From positions 93,786-157,785 of the forward strand of contig JAZDHZ010000007.1 in the NCBI GenBank assembly GCA_043805415.1: DNA of 64,000 nucleotides, read 5' to 3'. Shown in pieces: positions 16,279-26,447 of the stretch. The position numbers and the translations under genes are program-made. The first letter of the stretch is position 1; each line of letters opens with the position of its first letter. This DNA is from Candidatus Omnitrophota bacterium. Its GTDB lineage: Bacteria > Omnitrophota > Gorgyraeia > B26-G9. The notes under the pieces are model-generated. The model saw nothing but the letters and a program-made list of their open reading frames with translations. It ran no database searches and was not told the DNA's origin.

Positions 16279-18231
16279 CTAAAATATATTATACTCCTCT
16301 TTGGCAAAAATTGCAAAATTAGTGCCCGCGGCTGAGATTGAGCCGCTATCCGGCGTATACCAGCCATGTCCGGTATCAACAGCGCTATTACTGGCATAAG
16401 GCAAGCCTCCGCTGCCTTTGCTTAAACCAAAGGCTGAACGCACAAGCATCAGTTTTTCCAGCTCGCCCAGATAATAATCCGCTCTGCGCTCATATTTATC
16501 CGCCTTAGCCGGATCTGATTGCTGTTTATAAAAACTGCTGATCTGGCGAAAAGCGACAACCATTTGCGCTGTCCATTCTACTGAAATTGTTCCGCTTCTG
16601 CTGATGCTTGAAGGCGCGCAAAAATCAAAACCGCTTATGTTTATTTTTTTGCCTGAAATATTTTTAACATTTATAGTGGTCTTGCAATTTTCCTCCGCGC
16701 AGTCGATCAGATCATCAATTGTAACTCCCATATCTTCCAGTCCTTCCGGGCCAAAAGCCATAATGCTCAGGGCAATCGTATCAGTCGCGATCATCCGATC
16801 ATCAGTACCGCGATTAAATCTTTTTAATGTTTTATTATAAGCGGTATCTTTAAGCCAGCCATGTATTTTCCGCGCGGCCAGAGCATAGCGCTGATCATGC
16901 TCGGTTTTAAATAGGGTTTTAAAAAATATATACGCGGCAATATTCTGCTCTGTACCGGCCCAACTAACCTGAGGCCCTCCCGGCAAAGATCCATCACTAT
17001 TTTTGTTTTGCAAATCAAGCAGCCAATCAGCTATTTCATAAACCAGTTTGCTATAGGTATTTTTACCAGTAGCTTGTTCATAACGCATAATTGCCAGGCC
17101 TAAATAGATAACTGGTCCGGTGTGCACAATATATTCTGAAACATTGCCGGTAATTACATCATAGGCATTAGCAAACCCGCCTTGAACTTTTTTAGCGCGG
17201 TTATTAAAAAAATCAAAAATAAGTTCCGCCTTTTCAAACTGTTTAAAATTAATAAAATTAAACGCGCTCAGAGCCTGGTCATAAGTAAATCCGACATCGA
17301 TTAAAGCATGATCATTATCATAACTTACAATAAGCCCGGTCTTACTGCTTTGCGAAGCAATAAGCCATTGCCGCATTAAATCCAGAGTCTTATCTTCTAA
17401 AACAACTCTTTTATCACTGATTTTCTCAAGCTTGGTCTCCAAAACAGCCTGGGTATCAGTGTATTTATTAAGCTTAGTCTGCATCTTTTGTTTTTCCGCG
17501 AATAAGTCAGCGAGCTGTTTTTTTAGCTTGCTTTGATCTACCAGCAATTTTTCAACTTCTTCAGTATTCTGCTCGCCGGCTTGCTGATTTTTAAGCGTCT
17601 CGATCTTTGCTAATTTTTCCTTCATCTGATTTTCCGCTTTTGAACTATTATTCAGCATATTGGCTAAAATAAACTTTTCCGCTTTAATTTTATCCAGTTC
17701 TTGGTTTACCATAAACTGTTCATCATTTAACTGTCCCAGATGCTGAACAAGTAAACTATTATCGCGGGTAAGCCGGATATTGTCATAAGCTAAAAACCCG
17801 CAAAATAAGACTAATAGCAAACCAGCCAAAGCAATCATCCGCGGAATAGCCAGCATAATCTTAGCAAAACGGATTATGCGTTTTTGTTCAACTTGATCAA
17901 TCGCTTCATACGCTAATCCGAGCATATAACTTTGGGGATAGGGAGCGGCGGTTTTTTTTGACCAGGCAACACGCGCGATGGCTTTAATTGGGTTTTGGGT
18001 TAAGGGAATATTTAAAAATACTTGAAGTTTGTTTTTGTTGTTTTTCAGTAATTCAGTATGCTCCTGGCTTAAACTGTTTATTTCCACGCATACACCTGAA
18101 AAACTTACGTCCCGGGTAAACCCCTGCATTAAATCGCTGATCGGCTTATTTTGAGCATCAACTATTTTTAATTCAACCGGAAATATCTTATTGAGCCGAA
18201 CGTATTTTCTTTGATCATTTATCATAGGCAA
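16279..18231 (-). CDS. PilZ - TM - coiled coil - alpha/alpha-toroid-like domain protein (C-terminal domain paralogous to giant ORF aa ~2605-3040)
   Basis: The N-terminus has RxxxR (R-KYV-R) and DVSFSGV (DxSxxG), followed by a TM segment (LAIPRMIALAGLLLVLFCGFLAY) and a Q/K/E-rich coiled coil. The C-terminal ~350 aa align motif-by-motif with the giant ORF: FTYDQAL/FTYDLAL, LQNKNSDGSLPGGP/LQDEDGGIRQGP, TEQNIAAY/TEENINAF, ATDTIALSIMAFGPE/ATDVNALAVIVLGPE. Confidence 0.7.
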   Translation of the reverse strand: MPMINDQRKYVRLNKIFPVELKIVDAQNKPISDLMQGFTRDVSFSGVCVEINSLSQEHTELLKNNKNKLQVFLNIPLTQNPIKAIARVAWSKKTAAPYPQSYMLGLAYEAIDQVEQKRIIRFAKIMLAIPRMIALAGLLLVLFCGFLAYDNIRLTRDNSLLVQHLGQLNDEQFMVNQELDKIKAEKFILANMLNNSSKAENQMKEKLAKIETLKNQQAGEQNTEEVEKLLVDQSKLKKQLADLFAEKQKMQTKLNKYTDTQAVLETKLEKISDKRVVLEDKTLDLMRQWLIASQSSKTGLIVSYDNDHALIDVGFTYDQALSAFNFINFKQFEKAELIFDFFNNRAKKVQGGFANAYDVITGNVSEYIVHTGPVIYLGLAIMRYEQATGKNTYSKLVYEIADWLLDLQNKNSDGSLPGGPQVSWAGTEQNIAAYIFFKTLFKTEHDQRYALAARKIHGWLKDTAYNKTLKRFNRGTDDRMIATDTIALSIMAFGPEGLEDMGVTIDDLIDCAEENCKTTINVKNISGKKINISGFDFCAPSSISRSGTISVEWTAQMVVAFRQISSFYKQQSDPAKADKYERRADYYLGELEKLMLVRSAFGLSKGSGGLPYASNSAVDTGHGWYTPDSGSISAAGTNFAIFAKEEYNIF

Positions 18232-18285
18232 ATAATATCGGGTATCAGTTGATTTAGGGTTTCAGGTTAAATGACTTAAGGTTTA

Positions 18286-20109
18286 TTATTCGATCGCGAA
18301 CGAAAACTTTTTGCTTATTTTTTTATCTTTAATCGTAATTAAAAGCTCCGCTTGATAATCGCCGGCCTGCTCAAATACATGGCTAAAACTTCTTTCCTGA
18401 GAAAGCACCAGCTCTTGGCCGTTGATATTCCAGCTCCACCGCATATCTTTTTCCTGAATGCTTGCTGGAAAAATATTAACGCTAAACTCAACTGGCTGAC
18501 CTAGTTTAGCTTTCTTGCCAGCAGGCATATTGATAACTATATCATGCATCCAAACACTTCGGCAAACAGCATTCTCACTGCCCTCTGTTTTAGCGCTAAG
18601 ACATAAAAGCTTCGGCAGCGCTGCAGCATATGTGGTGCTGAATTCAGTAACATTGCCCGGTAAATTATTTGAACCTTTATCCCAAAACCACTCAAAATTA
18701 AATGTTGGCTGAACTGTGCCCACGGAAAAATCCTGGGCCGTTGCCTGCCAATTTACAGTTTCTTCCAAAAACCCGTTCTGAGGTATGCTTTTTAAAGTCA
18801 TTACGATATTAGAACCTTGCGCGCTAAACATCATATCCAGCGGATAAGCCACTTCATTTTTTATCGGAATTTCATTATCAATCTCTTGTTTACGCTCAGC
18901 TGCCTGGAGGGAAAAAGCCTTGGCTTTATTAATCAGGCGCGTGAATAATTCACCTGCCTTTTGCTTATCACCCTTCCATTGCGTAACTAAACCAGCCTGA
19001 TAAGCGCAGAAATCAGCATAGTCAGAATCAGCAAATTCATTATTTACTTTTTCCAGATAATCTAATCCTTGGTCTATCTGTCCAAGATAAAAAAGATTCA
19101 AAATCCCCAAACGGGTATAGACTTCAGCTAAAAACTGACTTTGCGCGGAACTTTTAATAAACTGCTTATATTCTTCTTGGGCGCGTTTATAATCGCTGAG
19201 TGTTTCCAGATTAAGCCCTCTATCAAAAATTTCCGCTTCCGTAAAAACTTCTTGGCCAAAACTTTTTTCGGCTTTAGCGTATATTTGCTCAGCAAAGTCG
19301 GCGTCTAAGGCCGGGCAAAATCCATAATCGCGAAATTTATCACAGATATTCATCAAAACGATCTTGGCATCAAGTTTAGAATATCTTAGCAAAACAAAAT
19401 CAATATAATGACCATAAACAACAATTGCCATATCAATTTGCCCGGCACTTAGATATCCATCCGCGATTTCCTGTAAACGCCGCGCGGAAGAAGCATCAGC
19501 ATTATTGGCGATTAAATAATCTTTATACGCAACAAATAATTGATTAAGCTGGTGCTTTCTTCCTTCGGAAGCAATAATTTTAGCAACTTCCTGGAATTTT
19601 TTAATATCCCCGGTTTTTTCGGTATACGCGATAACATTATTGACAAAATTATCAAATACTTCCTGCGATGCTTGCTCATTCTCATCACGCAAGTATGCTT
19701 TTTGCGCCAAATACTGCAAATCAATCAACTCTCCAGTTATTGCCGCGCTGGCATATTTAGCTGCTGTCTGAATTATTTGTTCATCCAACTCATCCATATT
19801 GTCATAATAATCCTGCCAAAGCTCTTTTTTTTCCAGGTTATCAAGATACAAGGAATCAGCCAAAGCTAAATAGTATTCAATTAAAAAAATATCATCTGAT
19901 TCTATGGCTTGGGTTTCAAGCTGATTAAAATATTCCCTCAGCCCGCTAAAATCTTCTTTGGAAACAAAATCAACAAAACGAGCTTTTATTTGATCAGCAG
20001 AAAAACCATCTTCGGCTAAACCCAGAGTTCCGCTTAGCATAAAACTTATTAGCATAAACATTACCCACACTAAATCCAATTTTTTGCGATTAAAAACGAA
20101 ACTATTCAT
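18286..20109 (-). CDS. Secreted TPR-like repeat protein with C-terminal PKD/Ig-like domain
   Basis: Signal/TM at the N-terminus (VWVMFMLISFMLSGTLGLA), then helical-repeat character (YYLALADSLY, AEVYTRLGILNLFYLGQIDQGLDYLEKV). The C-terminal 'RWSWNINGQELVLSQERSFSHVFEQAGDYQAELLI' resembles PKD domains. Confidence 0.5.
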   Translation of the reverse strand: MNSFVFNRKKLDLVWVMFMLISFMLSGTLGLAEDGFSADQIKARFVDFVSKEDFSGLREYFNQLETQAIESDDIFLIEYYLALADSLYLDNLEKKELWQDYYDNMDELDEQIIQTAAKYASAAITGELIDLQYLAQKAYLRDENEQASQEVFDNFVNNVIAYTEKTGDIKKFQEVAKIIASEGRKHQLNQLFVAYKDYLIANNADASSARRLQEIADGYLSAGQIDMAIVVYGHYIDFVLLRYSKLDAKIVLMNICDKFRDYGFCPALDADFAEQIYAKAEKSFGQEVFTEAEIFDRGLNLETLSDYKRAQEEYKQFIKSSAQSQFLAEVYTRLGILNLFYLGQIDQGLDYLEKVNNEFADSDYADFCAYQAGLVTQWKGDKQKAGELFTRLINKAKAFSLQAAERKQEIDNEIPIKNEVAYPLDMMFSAQGSNIVMTLKSIPQNGFLEETVNWQATAQDFSVGTVQPTFNFEWFWDKGSNNLPGNVTEFSTTYAAALPKLLCLSAKTEGSENAVCRSVWMHDIVINMPAGKKAKLGQPVEFSVNIFPASIQEKDMRWSWNINGQELVLSQERSFSHVFEQAGDYQAELLITIKDKKISKKFSFAIE

Positions 20110-20149
20110 GCGCGATCACTTCCTTTGGTTTTGTCTGATTATTTTTACT

Positions 20150-21439
20150 TTATTTTTTGCCTGTTTCTTTGTCCTGTTCAGGTTCTTTATCCTGATATTC
20201 TTTATTCCAAAGCTTACGCAAAACATAATAAGCTTTCCTTGGGTTTCTTTTATTTAAACCATTGGCATCAAGCTCAGGATCTAAGCCCACAATCCCGAAC
20301 CATTCTTCATTCATATTCTTGTCCGCTTTAGCGTCAAAATCATATGAACCCATGCCCCAAGCAGCGACATTATCATGAACCCACCAGCTGTTTCGATCGC
20401 TTTCCGAGCTTTTCCACCATTCATCATTCCATTCAAATACAACTCCGCCCAGACAATTACCCACTCCCTCGCCGCCATCCATGTTGTTTTGAATGTCAAG
20501 CCATTGACTTTTCAAAAATTTTGCCTGGTTTTTCTGATCTTCTTGTTTTTTCACCATATTATAGGCGTCACAGCCAAACTCGGTTAAAATAACCGGCCGG
20601 TCAAACTTACGTTTTACTTCTTTAAAAAAGTTGCCAAATACCTTACCGCGATAGACAATACATCCAAGCAAATCAATATCCGGACAATTTTCCGCTGCTA
20701 TTTTCAGACCAACAGTCTCACCATTGCCTAAAGAGACCAGATGGATAGGATCAATTTCCTTTATTTTTTTAGCCAGTTCATTAACAAAGGAATAATATAT
20801 TTTAGCCCGCGCGTCTCTTTTTTTGCCAAAACTATCCATTGCGTCGATTTCATCGCTTGACCAGGGATTTATTCTGCCGTCAAAACTATAATTATTTTCA
20901 TTGCCTAAATTCCAGATTAGTATTCCAGGGGTATCTTTAAAATATTCTACTGTATTTAAGACTTTCTCCGTGATTTCTTTTCTAAACTCCGGATCAGCAT
21001 AATTAGCAGGAGGATAATCCCAAAAACCAAGCGTATAGCCTAAAATAGTCCGAATCCCGTATATCTTATATAAGTCCTCAATCATTGTCCGACAAAATTC
21101 CAGCTCATCTCCGCTATGATAGAGTCTGATCGTATTCACACCCATTTCTTTCATTAATTTTCCATCAACTAACCAGGGTCGCTTCGGGTCGCAGACAAAA
21201 TTATATAAAATTCCCTGCTGACCTATGGGCACTGGGGAATAACAAACCCCTTTTACAATAAACGGTTTTTTATCAACAATCAGCTGATAGTTATATTTTT
21301 GTTCATCTTCTCTGCTTTGTTTTTTAATTTTTATTTTCTTAATATAAACCTTACCCTTAGGCTCTTGTTTTAACAGACTGCATCCTGTGATTAATAAAAA
21401 AATTAATAATAACGTAATTTTACGAATTTCCATATTCAT
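20150..21439 (-). CDS. Lipoprotein, clan GH-A (beta/alpha)8 glycoside hydrolase/transglycosylase with GH72 (Gas/Gel)-like motif series
   Basis: Lipobox LLITG|C. Motifs run in GH72 order: FIVKGVCYSP, MGVNTIRLY, IWNLGNENNY (candidate acid/base E), LGNGE, DLLGCIVYRG, PVILTEFGCDAY (candidate nucleophile E), GGVVFEW. Paralog of 23063..24955. Confidence 0.6.
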   Translation of the reverse strand: MNMEIRKITLLLIFLLITGCSLLKQEPKGKVYIKKIKIKKQSREDEQKYNYQLIVDKKPFIVKGVCYSPVPIGQQGILYNFVCDPKRPWLVDGKLMKEMGVNTIRLYHSGDELEFCRTMIEDLYKIYGIRTILGYTLGFWDYPPANYADPEFRKEITEKVLNTVEYFKDTPGILIWNLGNENNYSFDGRINPWSSDEIDAMDSFGKKRDARAKIYYSFVNELAKKIKEIDPIHLVSLGNGETVGLKIAAENCPDIDLLGCIVYRGKVFGNFFKEVKRKFDRPVILTEFGCDAYNMVKKQEDQKNQAKFLKSQWLDIQNNMDGGEGVGNCLGGVVFEWNDEWWKSSESDRNSWWVHDNVAAWGMGSYDFDAKADKNMNEEWFGIVGLDPELDANGLNKRNPRKAYYVLRKLWNKEYQDKEPEQDKETGKK

Positions 21440-21547
21440 ATTAAAAAAACCTTTCCCCTGATTTTAAAATTATTACCCAATACATCTCTTCACTCTTGCT
21501 TTGAAAAATCACCCATCTAAGCTAAATTACAATCTCATATAGCAAAT

Positions 21548-21580
21548 AAGGGTAGGAACTAGAATCAGGCCCCTACCCTT
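21548..21580 (-). terminator. Weak terminator/attenuator candidate (hairpin only)
   Basis: aagggtagg (21548-21556) pairs with cctaccctt (21572-21580): a 9-bp stem with a 15-nt loop, 28 nt after the stop at 21608. The downstream minus-strand sequence AUUUGCUAU is only a weak U-tract. Confidence 0.3.
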
Positions 21581-21607
21581 ACTTGTTGATATTTATCAAT
21601 CTAATAA

Positions 21608-22258
21608 TTATTTTTCGTAGCGGATATCATCCAGGTAGAAAACAGCTCCATCTGGATTAGAATCAGCATTAGATGCCCAGCAGAAACCGCCATTTATATA
21701 GGACAAATCAACATCTGTCAAATCAATAGTATATTGCAGCCAGTCAGCAGTAAGGTCAATCGGCCCAATTCCTACAGAATCAGAATCGCCATAAGTTCCT
21801 CCGATACCGCCCATTTTAAATTCCATGATGCGTTCATTACCAACTTTACCTTTTGCCCAGAATGTAATTTTTTTTGCTCCGCGCAGATCAAATCCGCCTT
21901 TTTTCTCACCCCAGTTGTTTGCCGGGTTCTGCCAAAATACTCCGGCCCAATTTGCCCCTTGTTTGCCTTTCGCGGTATAAATAAACTCTATACAGGTCTT
22001 TCCCTCATGAGGAGCTACAGCACAATTAAGATCCATTTTTACATCCCCGGAATCTCCCATCCAACCCGAAGGTATATAATGATTTACTCTATCGCCTCTA
22101 TCTTTATATACATAGAAATTTCCGTCCTGAAAATCCCCGGCTTTACCCAACAGTACTTCATCCGCTGCTTCATCTTCCAAATCCTGCGCGGCAACTATCG
22201 GAGCACAAAGCATCAAGCTCACACATAAAATTGCCATAAACCAAACTAACTTTTTCAT
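21608..22258 (-). CDS. Secreted beta-sandwich, carbohydrate-binding-module-like protein (paralog A)
   Basis: The preferred start is the ATG at 22258 (MKKLVWFMAIL...), preceded by GGAGGAAGG. The track start at 22297 lacks this. Signal peptide ...APIVAAQD. Conserved core shared with 22396..23022: W.G.(F/Y)W.NP..NWG.KKGG(F/Y)DLR.AKK(I/L)TFWA.G..G.E.I..F..GG..G.Y.DSD..GIGP..LT.DW.QY..D; the C-terminus is YLDDIRYE. Confidence 0.55.
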   Translation of the reverse strand: MKKLVWFMAILCVSLMLCAPIVAAQDLEDEAADEVLLGKAGDFQDGNFYVYKDRGDRVNHYIPSGWMGDSGDVKMDLNCAVAPHEGKTCIEFIYTAKGKQGANWAGVFWQNPANNWGEKKGGFDLRGAKKITFWAKGKVGNERIMEFKMGGIGGTYGDSDSVGIGPIDLTADWLQYTIDLTDVDLSYINGGFCWASNADSNPDGAVFYLDDIRYEK

Positions 22259-22395
22259 CCCTTCCTCCTTTAAATGAGCGCTTGACTTACGGAGCATTTT
22301 TGCGGCGTCAAGTCAACCAGCTCGAATTTAGTCCGAAATGTCTGCGGCCTAGCAGGCACTTTCGGAATCATTATTAATTCTAAGCCATTAAACTA

Positions 22396-23022
22396 TTATT
22401 CATATTTTATATTATCCAGGTAAAAAACACAACCTTTTCGATTATGCGCCTTAGTCAGAGCAAAACTAAACCCAGCAAAAATATACTTCATATTTCTTTG
22501 CGAAACATCCACGGAATACTGTTTCCAATCGGGAGTTAATACCACTGGCCCAATCCCATGATTATCAGAGTCAGGATAATTCCCTTTTAAACCGCCTAAT
22601 CTAAAAACAGCTATATGTTCACCTCCTTTTTCTCCTCTGGCCCAAAAAGTAAGCTTTTTTGCAAAGCGCAGGTCATAGCCACCCTTTTTCTGCCCCCAGT
22701 TACCCGGAGGATTAACCCAGTAAAGGCCAGCCCATCCAAAGTCTCCGGTTGCGTCATATTTTATCTTAACACAGGTATTGCCGGATTGAGGATTTTCCTT
22801 ACACCCCTCATCAACCACAATCGCCTGTCCATCACCAATAGTCTGGGAAGGGAAAAAACTGTTTTCCTTTGCCTCTTTATCTGAATAAACTATTTGCTCA
22901 GTAATCGCCGATACTTGCGCTTCTGGGGCTGGTTCTTTGTCTAAGTCTTGCTGCGCAACGGCATAACTATTTATAGCAGCTATCAAACTGACCAATAATA
23001 TCAGCAAGAAAATCTTTTTCAT
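22396..23022 (-). CDS. Secreted beta-sandwich, carbohydrate-binding-module-like protein (paralog B)
   Basis: Signal peptide MKKIFLLILLVSLIAAINSYAVAQQ. It has the same conserved core as 21608..22258 and ends YLDNIKYE. Confidence 0.55.
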   Translation of the reverse strand: MKKIFLLILLVSLIAAINSYAVAQQDLDKEPAPEAQVSAITEQIVYSDKEAKENSFFPSQTIGDGQAIVVDEGCKENPQSGNTCVKIKYDATGDFGWAGLYWVNPPGNWGQKKGGYDLRFAKKLTFWARGEKGGEHIAVFRLGGLKGNYPDSDNHGIGPVVLTPDWKQYSVDVSQRNMKYIFAGFSFALTKAHNRKGCVFYLDNIKYE

Positions 23023-23062
23023 TTTTATCTTTTTCCTTAATTTGCCTGATTGCTAAACAATC

Positions 23063-24955
23063 TTATCCCTCAACCCAAATCTTTTGCAATTCAAAGTAAG
23101 CTTTTTTAAGCTGCCGCATAAACGGAGAATCTGTTCCATCGCCTTGGCTGGTAATCCCAAACCATTCTTCATAATACCATCCGTCGACAAACGGTCCGCC
23201 GCAATTAGGGGTAACATCCTGAATTATATCCGGAAATCCCGGAGGAGCTCCGGTCTTCCACCACTCATCAATAAATTCAAACACAACCCCTCCCAAAGCA
23301 TTGCCAGCACCAAAACCCGCGCTGTTTTGCGCAATATCCTGCCAATTGTTAACCAGATAATCAGCCTGAAAGTTTTCAGCATATTCCCGGCTGTATCTAT
23401 GCCCATAAGATGGACATCCATATTCTGTGACCATTGCCGGTTTATCAGCAACTTCCTTAATTGGCAGCCATAAATTAAAATAGCCAAAACCATGCTTGCC
23501 TCTATAGGCATTTACTCCTAGAATATCAATGTCCGGACAATTTCCCGCGAAAATATCGAGAAAATGGATATCGCCATTGCATAAAGCTACCGGATGATAG
23601 GGATCAACTTCTTTAATCTTTTTTGCTACTTCATTTACAAAATGATAATAAGCTTCTGGGTTTTTAGGTGAATTATTGGCTATCCCATAATTATTTTCAT
23701 TGCCCAAAACCCACATCAGCACACACGGTTCATCCTTATAGTTATTAACCATCTTCATTACTGAATCAAGCATATTACTCTGATGTTCTGGATTAGAATA
23801 GTCAGTTCCCGGAACCCAAGAAGCCTTTGAACCAACCGCGTACATGCCCAGGAAATCACCAATAATAATCCGAATACCATAGTCCTTATATAAATCTACA
23901 AACAGCTGCTTGTTTTTTACAAAATCATGGTGGTAAACTCTTAACACATTTACTCCCATATCTTTCATAATCTGAAAATCACCAATAGCCGGCTCATCAC
24001 CTTCCTGGATATTGTTCCTGTTCTTATCAATCCAAGCGTCATAAGGACCATCAATCTTATTATTTTGGTTCTCATCAGATAAAGACCAATCTTTTAATGT
24101 GCCGATATCCGGACTCTGTCCGATCTTAGTTGGCTGATAAGCCATGGCTTTGATTATAAACGGCTGACCGTCTACTTTCATCTGCCAATGACCATTTTCA
24201 TATTTTGTCAAAGTAACATGCCCATAGACTTTTTGTTGTTTGACTTTCAGGCTGGACATATTTATTTTTTTATCCACTACCTGATTGGGCTCAACCTTAA
24301 TTAATTTTCCAGGATTAATACTAAACACATCGTTTCTTAGATCTTCATCGTATCTATTTTCAATCGCGATCCTGGCATCAACCAGCTTAATTCCCAGTTC
24401 AGGATATTTTTTAGTTAAATACATGATTCGATCTAAAGCTGCCGGTCCGACATACCAGGGAGTTCCCCAGTAAGTAACACCCATGCTCTTGGGAAAATGT
24501 ACTGCCGCGGCATAATAAGCTTTTATTGCCTGGCTAATATGCCCGGCATTTTCCAATATTTCCGCGGTATAAAACAGTTTTATTCCCTGATCCTCAGCAG
24601 CGGTTGCCCATTTATAAAATGCCGCCTGATAATCAAAAATATTTACAAATGACCAGTGGCTGCCCAGGAGTTTTTTCGCTTTATTAAACTCCTTGTATTG
24701 AGGATCCTTGGTTACATTGGTATTTGGGAATATGCCTTCGCCAACCGCGGCAGATAATCCTTTGGGATCTTTTAATTGGTATTTATATTTGGCTGTATTT
24801 AGATTCTTAAACTCTCCGTACTTTTCATAATCGATAATAATTTCCGGACCCTGATTCTCCAATTTAAAAGTCGGCTCAGGCAGCGCGAAAACATCGCTCA
24901 AATTATAAATAAAACTAAGAATTAAAAATGTAAAAACCAGTTTTTTAAACCGCAA
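23063..24955 (-). CDS. Secreted clan GH-A (beta/alpha)8 glycoside hydrolase/transglycosylase, GH72 (Gas/Gel)-like motif series, with ~250-aa N-terminal extra domain
   Basis: Signal peptide (FTFLILSFIYNLSDVFA). Motifs: FIIKAMAYQP, MGVNVLRVY, MWVLGNENNY, VALCNGD, DILGVNAYRG, PAMVTEYGCPSY, GGVVFEF. Paralog of 20150..21439. Confidence 0.6.
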   Translation of the reverse strand: MRFKKLVFTFLILSFIYNLSDVFALPEPTFKLENQGPEIIIDYEKYGEFKNLNTAKYKYQLKDPKGLSAAVGEGIFPNTNVTKDPQYKEFNKAKKLLGSHWSFVNIFDYQAAFYKWATAAEDQGIKLFYTAEILENAGHISQAIKAYYAAAVHFPKSMGVTYWGTPWYVGPAALDRIMYLTKKYPELGIKLVDARIAIENRYDEDLRNDVFSINPGKLIKVEPNQVVDKKINMSSLKVKQQKVYGHVTLTKYENGHWQMKVDGQPFIIKAMAYQPTKIGQSPDIGTLKDWSLSDENQNNKIDGPYDAWIDKNRNNIQEGDEPAIGDFQIMKDMGVNVLRVYHHDFVKNKQLFVDLYKDYGIRIIIGDFLGMYAVGSKASWVPGTDYSNPEHQSNMLDSVMKMVNNYKDEPCVLMWVLGNENNYGIANNSPKNPEAYYHFVNEVAKKIKEVDPYHPVALCNGDIHFLDIFAGNCPDIDILGVNAYRGKHGFGYFNLWLPIKEVADKPAMVTEYGCPSYGHRYSREYAENFQADYLVNNWQDIAQNSAGFGAGNALGGVVFEFIDEWWKTGAPPGFPDIIQDVTPNCGGPFVDGWYYEEWFGITSQGDGTDSPFMRQLKKAYFELQKIWVEG

Positions 24956-25007
24956 TTAAATCATCCCTTTCATATATCCGCCAAAATACTCAAAAAATCT
25001 TATCCGC

Positions 25008-26447
25008 TTAACAGCCGCGGCGTTCTTCCAGTATCCTGCGCACTTCCAGTGCTTTTTCTTCTGTTCCTTTAAAAGTAAAAATTGTTATCACCGCGATCAG
25101 TGAGGTTATCATCGGAACACTGATATCAAATACTCTTAAAAGCAATAATGTTTTAACTGTCTGCTGTCCGCCCAAATCAACCCTAAAGCCAGTCGCATTA
25201 AGCAGATGTCCTGACATGGCAAAAGCCAAAGCCATGCCCAGCTTTACCATCCACCAGTATATTGATCCAAACATGCCTTCTCTGCGTTCGCCGGTTTCCA
25301 ATTCATCAACATCGCAAACATCAGCCATCATCGCTCCCATTAAGGTGAAAAGCCCGCCAAGACCAAAAGCAATAAACGGCGCGGGGATAAGCAGCATTTT
25401 CGGATGCCCCGGCTGATAGCAAAACCATTTCATCGCGTATCCAATAATCGATACAGATGTTGAGAAAATAAAAGCCTTTCTTTTTCCTATTTTTGTGGAA
25501 ACCCAAGTAATAAAAGGAATTACACAAAAAGTAGAAATCGATGAAACCGTGCCGAATAAGCCCATATATGTAGCTCCGGCATCACTATTACCGCCAAAAA
25601 CATAATAAATAATTACATATGAAGAAAACGCGGAAACCAGCATAAAACCATTAAAAACCAGGAATGTTGAAGTGCAAAGCTTAAGAAATGGCTTGGATTT
25701 AAGCGTAATCAGAAACCCTTTAAAAAACTTTACAATATTTTTACCCAGACCAGCAATAACTACTGTTTGTTTATGCTTGGCGTCTTTTATATTGCCAAAT
25801 CTTTCTTTACAGAAAATCGCCGGCATTATCCCGGCAACCATAACAAATACTCCGACCATGATCGCTAATCCGCGCGCGCCTTCCACAGGATTAGCAAACC
25901 ATTTATCATTTTCCATGATTTTCCAAAACCAGGGAGCAATAACCCAGGCAAATTGACCAATCCAGTTGCTAAAACCCATAACCCGAGTACGCTCATGATA
26001 ATCCGGCGTCATTTCATATCCCAGGGCTACCCAAGGCGTAGCAAAAACAGTATAGGCAAGATAAAAAATTATCGATACAATCAGAAAATACCAAAAATAA
26101 AAATTTTCGCTTCGCCCGGAATGCAGCTGCCACATCATCGCAAAGATAATTCCTGAGGATATCGCGCCCCAAAAGATATATGGTTTGCGCCTGCCGAAAC
26201 GCGATCTGGTATTATCAGAAATATATCCCATGATCGGATCAGTTAAGGCATCAGTAAGCCGCGGCAATGCCATGAGCGTCCCAACCACTGCCGGATTTAT
26301 TCCCAGTCCGAGATTCAGCACAATCGCCATACAGCCAACAGCAGCTCCCAAAAGATTATTAACTAATCCCCCAATGCCGTACACTAATTTCTGCCCAATA
26401 CTTACACGATCTTGGGGAGCGGTCTTCCAATCCTTGATCTCACTCAT
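25008..26447 (-). CDS. Glycoside-pentoside-hexuronide (GPH):cation symporter family sugar transporter (MFS)
   Basis: GPH hallmark 'RLTDALTDPIMGYISDNTRSRFGRRKPYIF' and about 12 hydrophobic segments. The preferred start is the ATG at 26447 (MSEIKDW...) with AAGGAG 5-6 nt upstream. The track start at 26525 adds 26 poorly supported residues. Confidence 0.8.
   Translation of the reverse strand: MSEIKDWKTAPQDRVSIGQKLVYGIGGLVNNLLGAAVGCMAIVLNLGLGINPAVVGTLMALPRLTDALTDPIMGYISDNTRSRFGRRKPYIFWGAISSGIIFAMMWQLHSGRSENFYFWYFLIVSIIFYLAYTVFATPWVALGYEMTPDYHERTRVMGFSNWIGQFAWVIAPWFWKIMENDKWFANPVEGARGLAIMVGVFVMVAGIMPAIFCKERFGNIKDAKHKQTVVIAGLGKNIVKFFKGFLITLKSKPFLKLCTSTFLVFNGFMLVSAFSSYVIIYYVFGGNSDAGATYMGLFGTVSSISTFCVIPFITWVSTKIGKRKAFIFSTSVSIIGYAMKWFCYQPGHPKMLLIPAPFIAFGLGGLFTLMGAMMADVCDVDELETGERREGMFGSIYWWMVKLGMALAFAMSGHLLNATGFRVDLGGQQTVKTLLLLRVFDISVPMITSLIAVITIFTFKGTEEKALEVRRILEERRGC

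Noticed and set aside
22298-22395. Possible hairpin/terminator between the two CBM-like genes (ccgaaa...tttcgg)
   Set aside because: Only 6 bp pair cleanly, the remainder needs bulges, and no U-tract follows.
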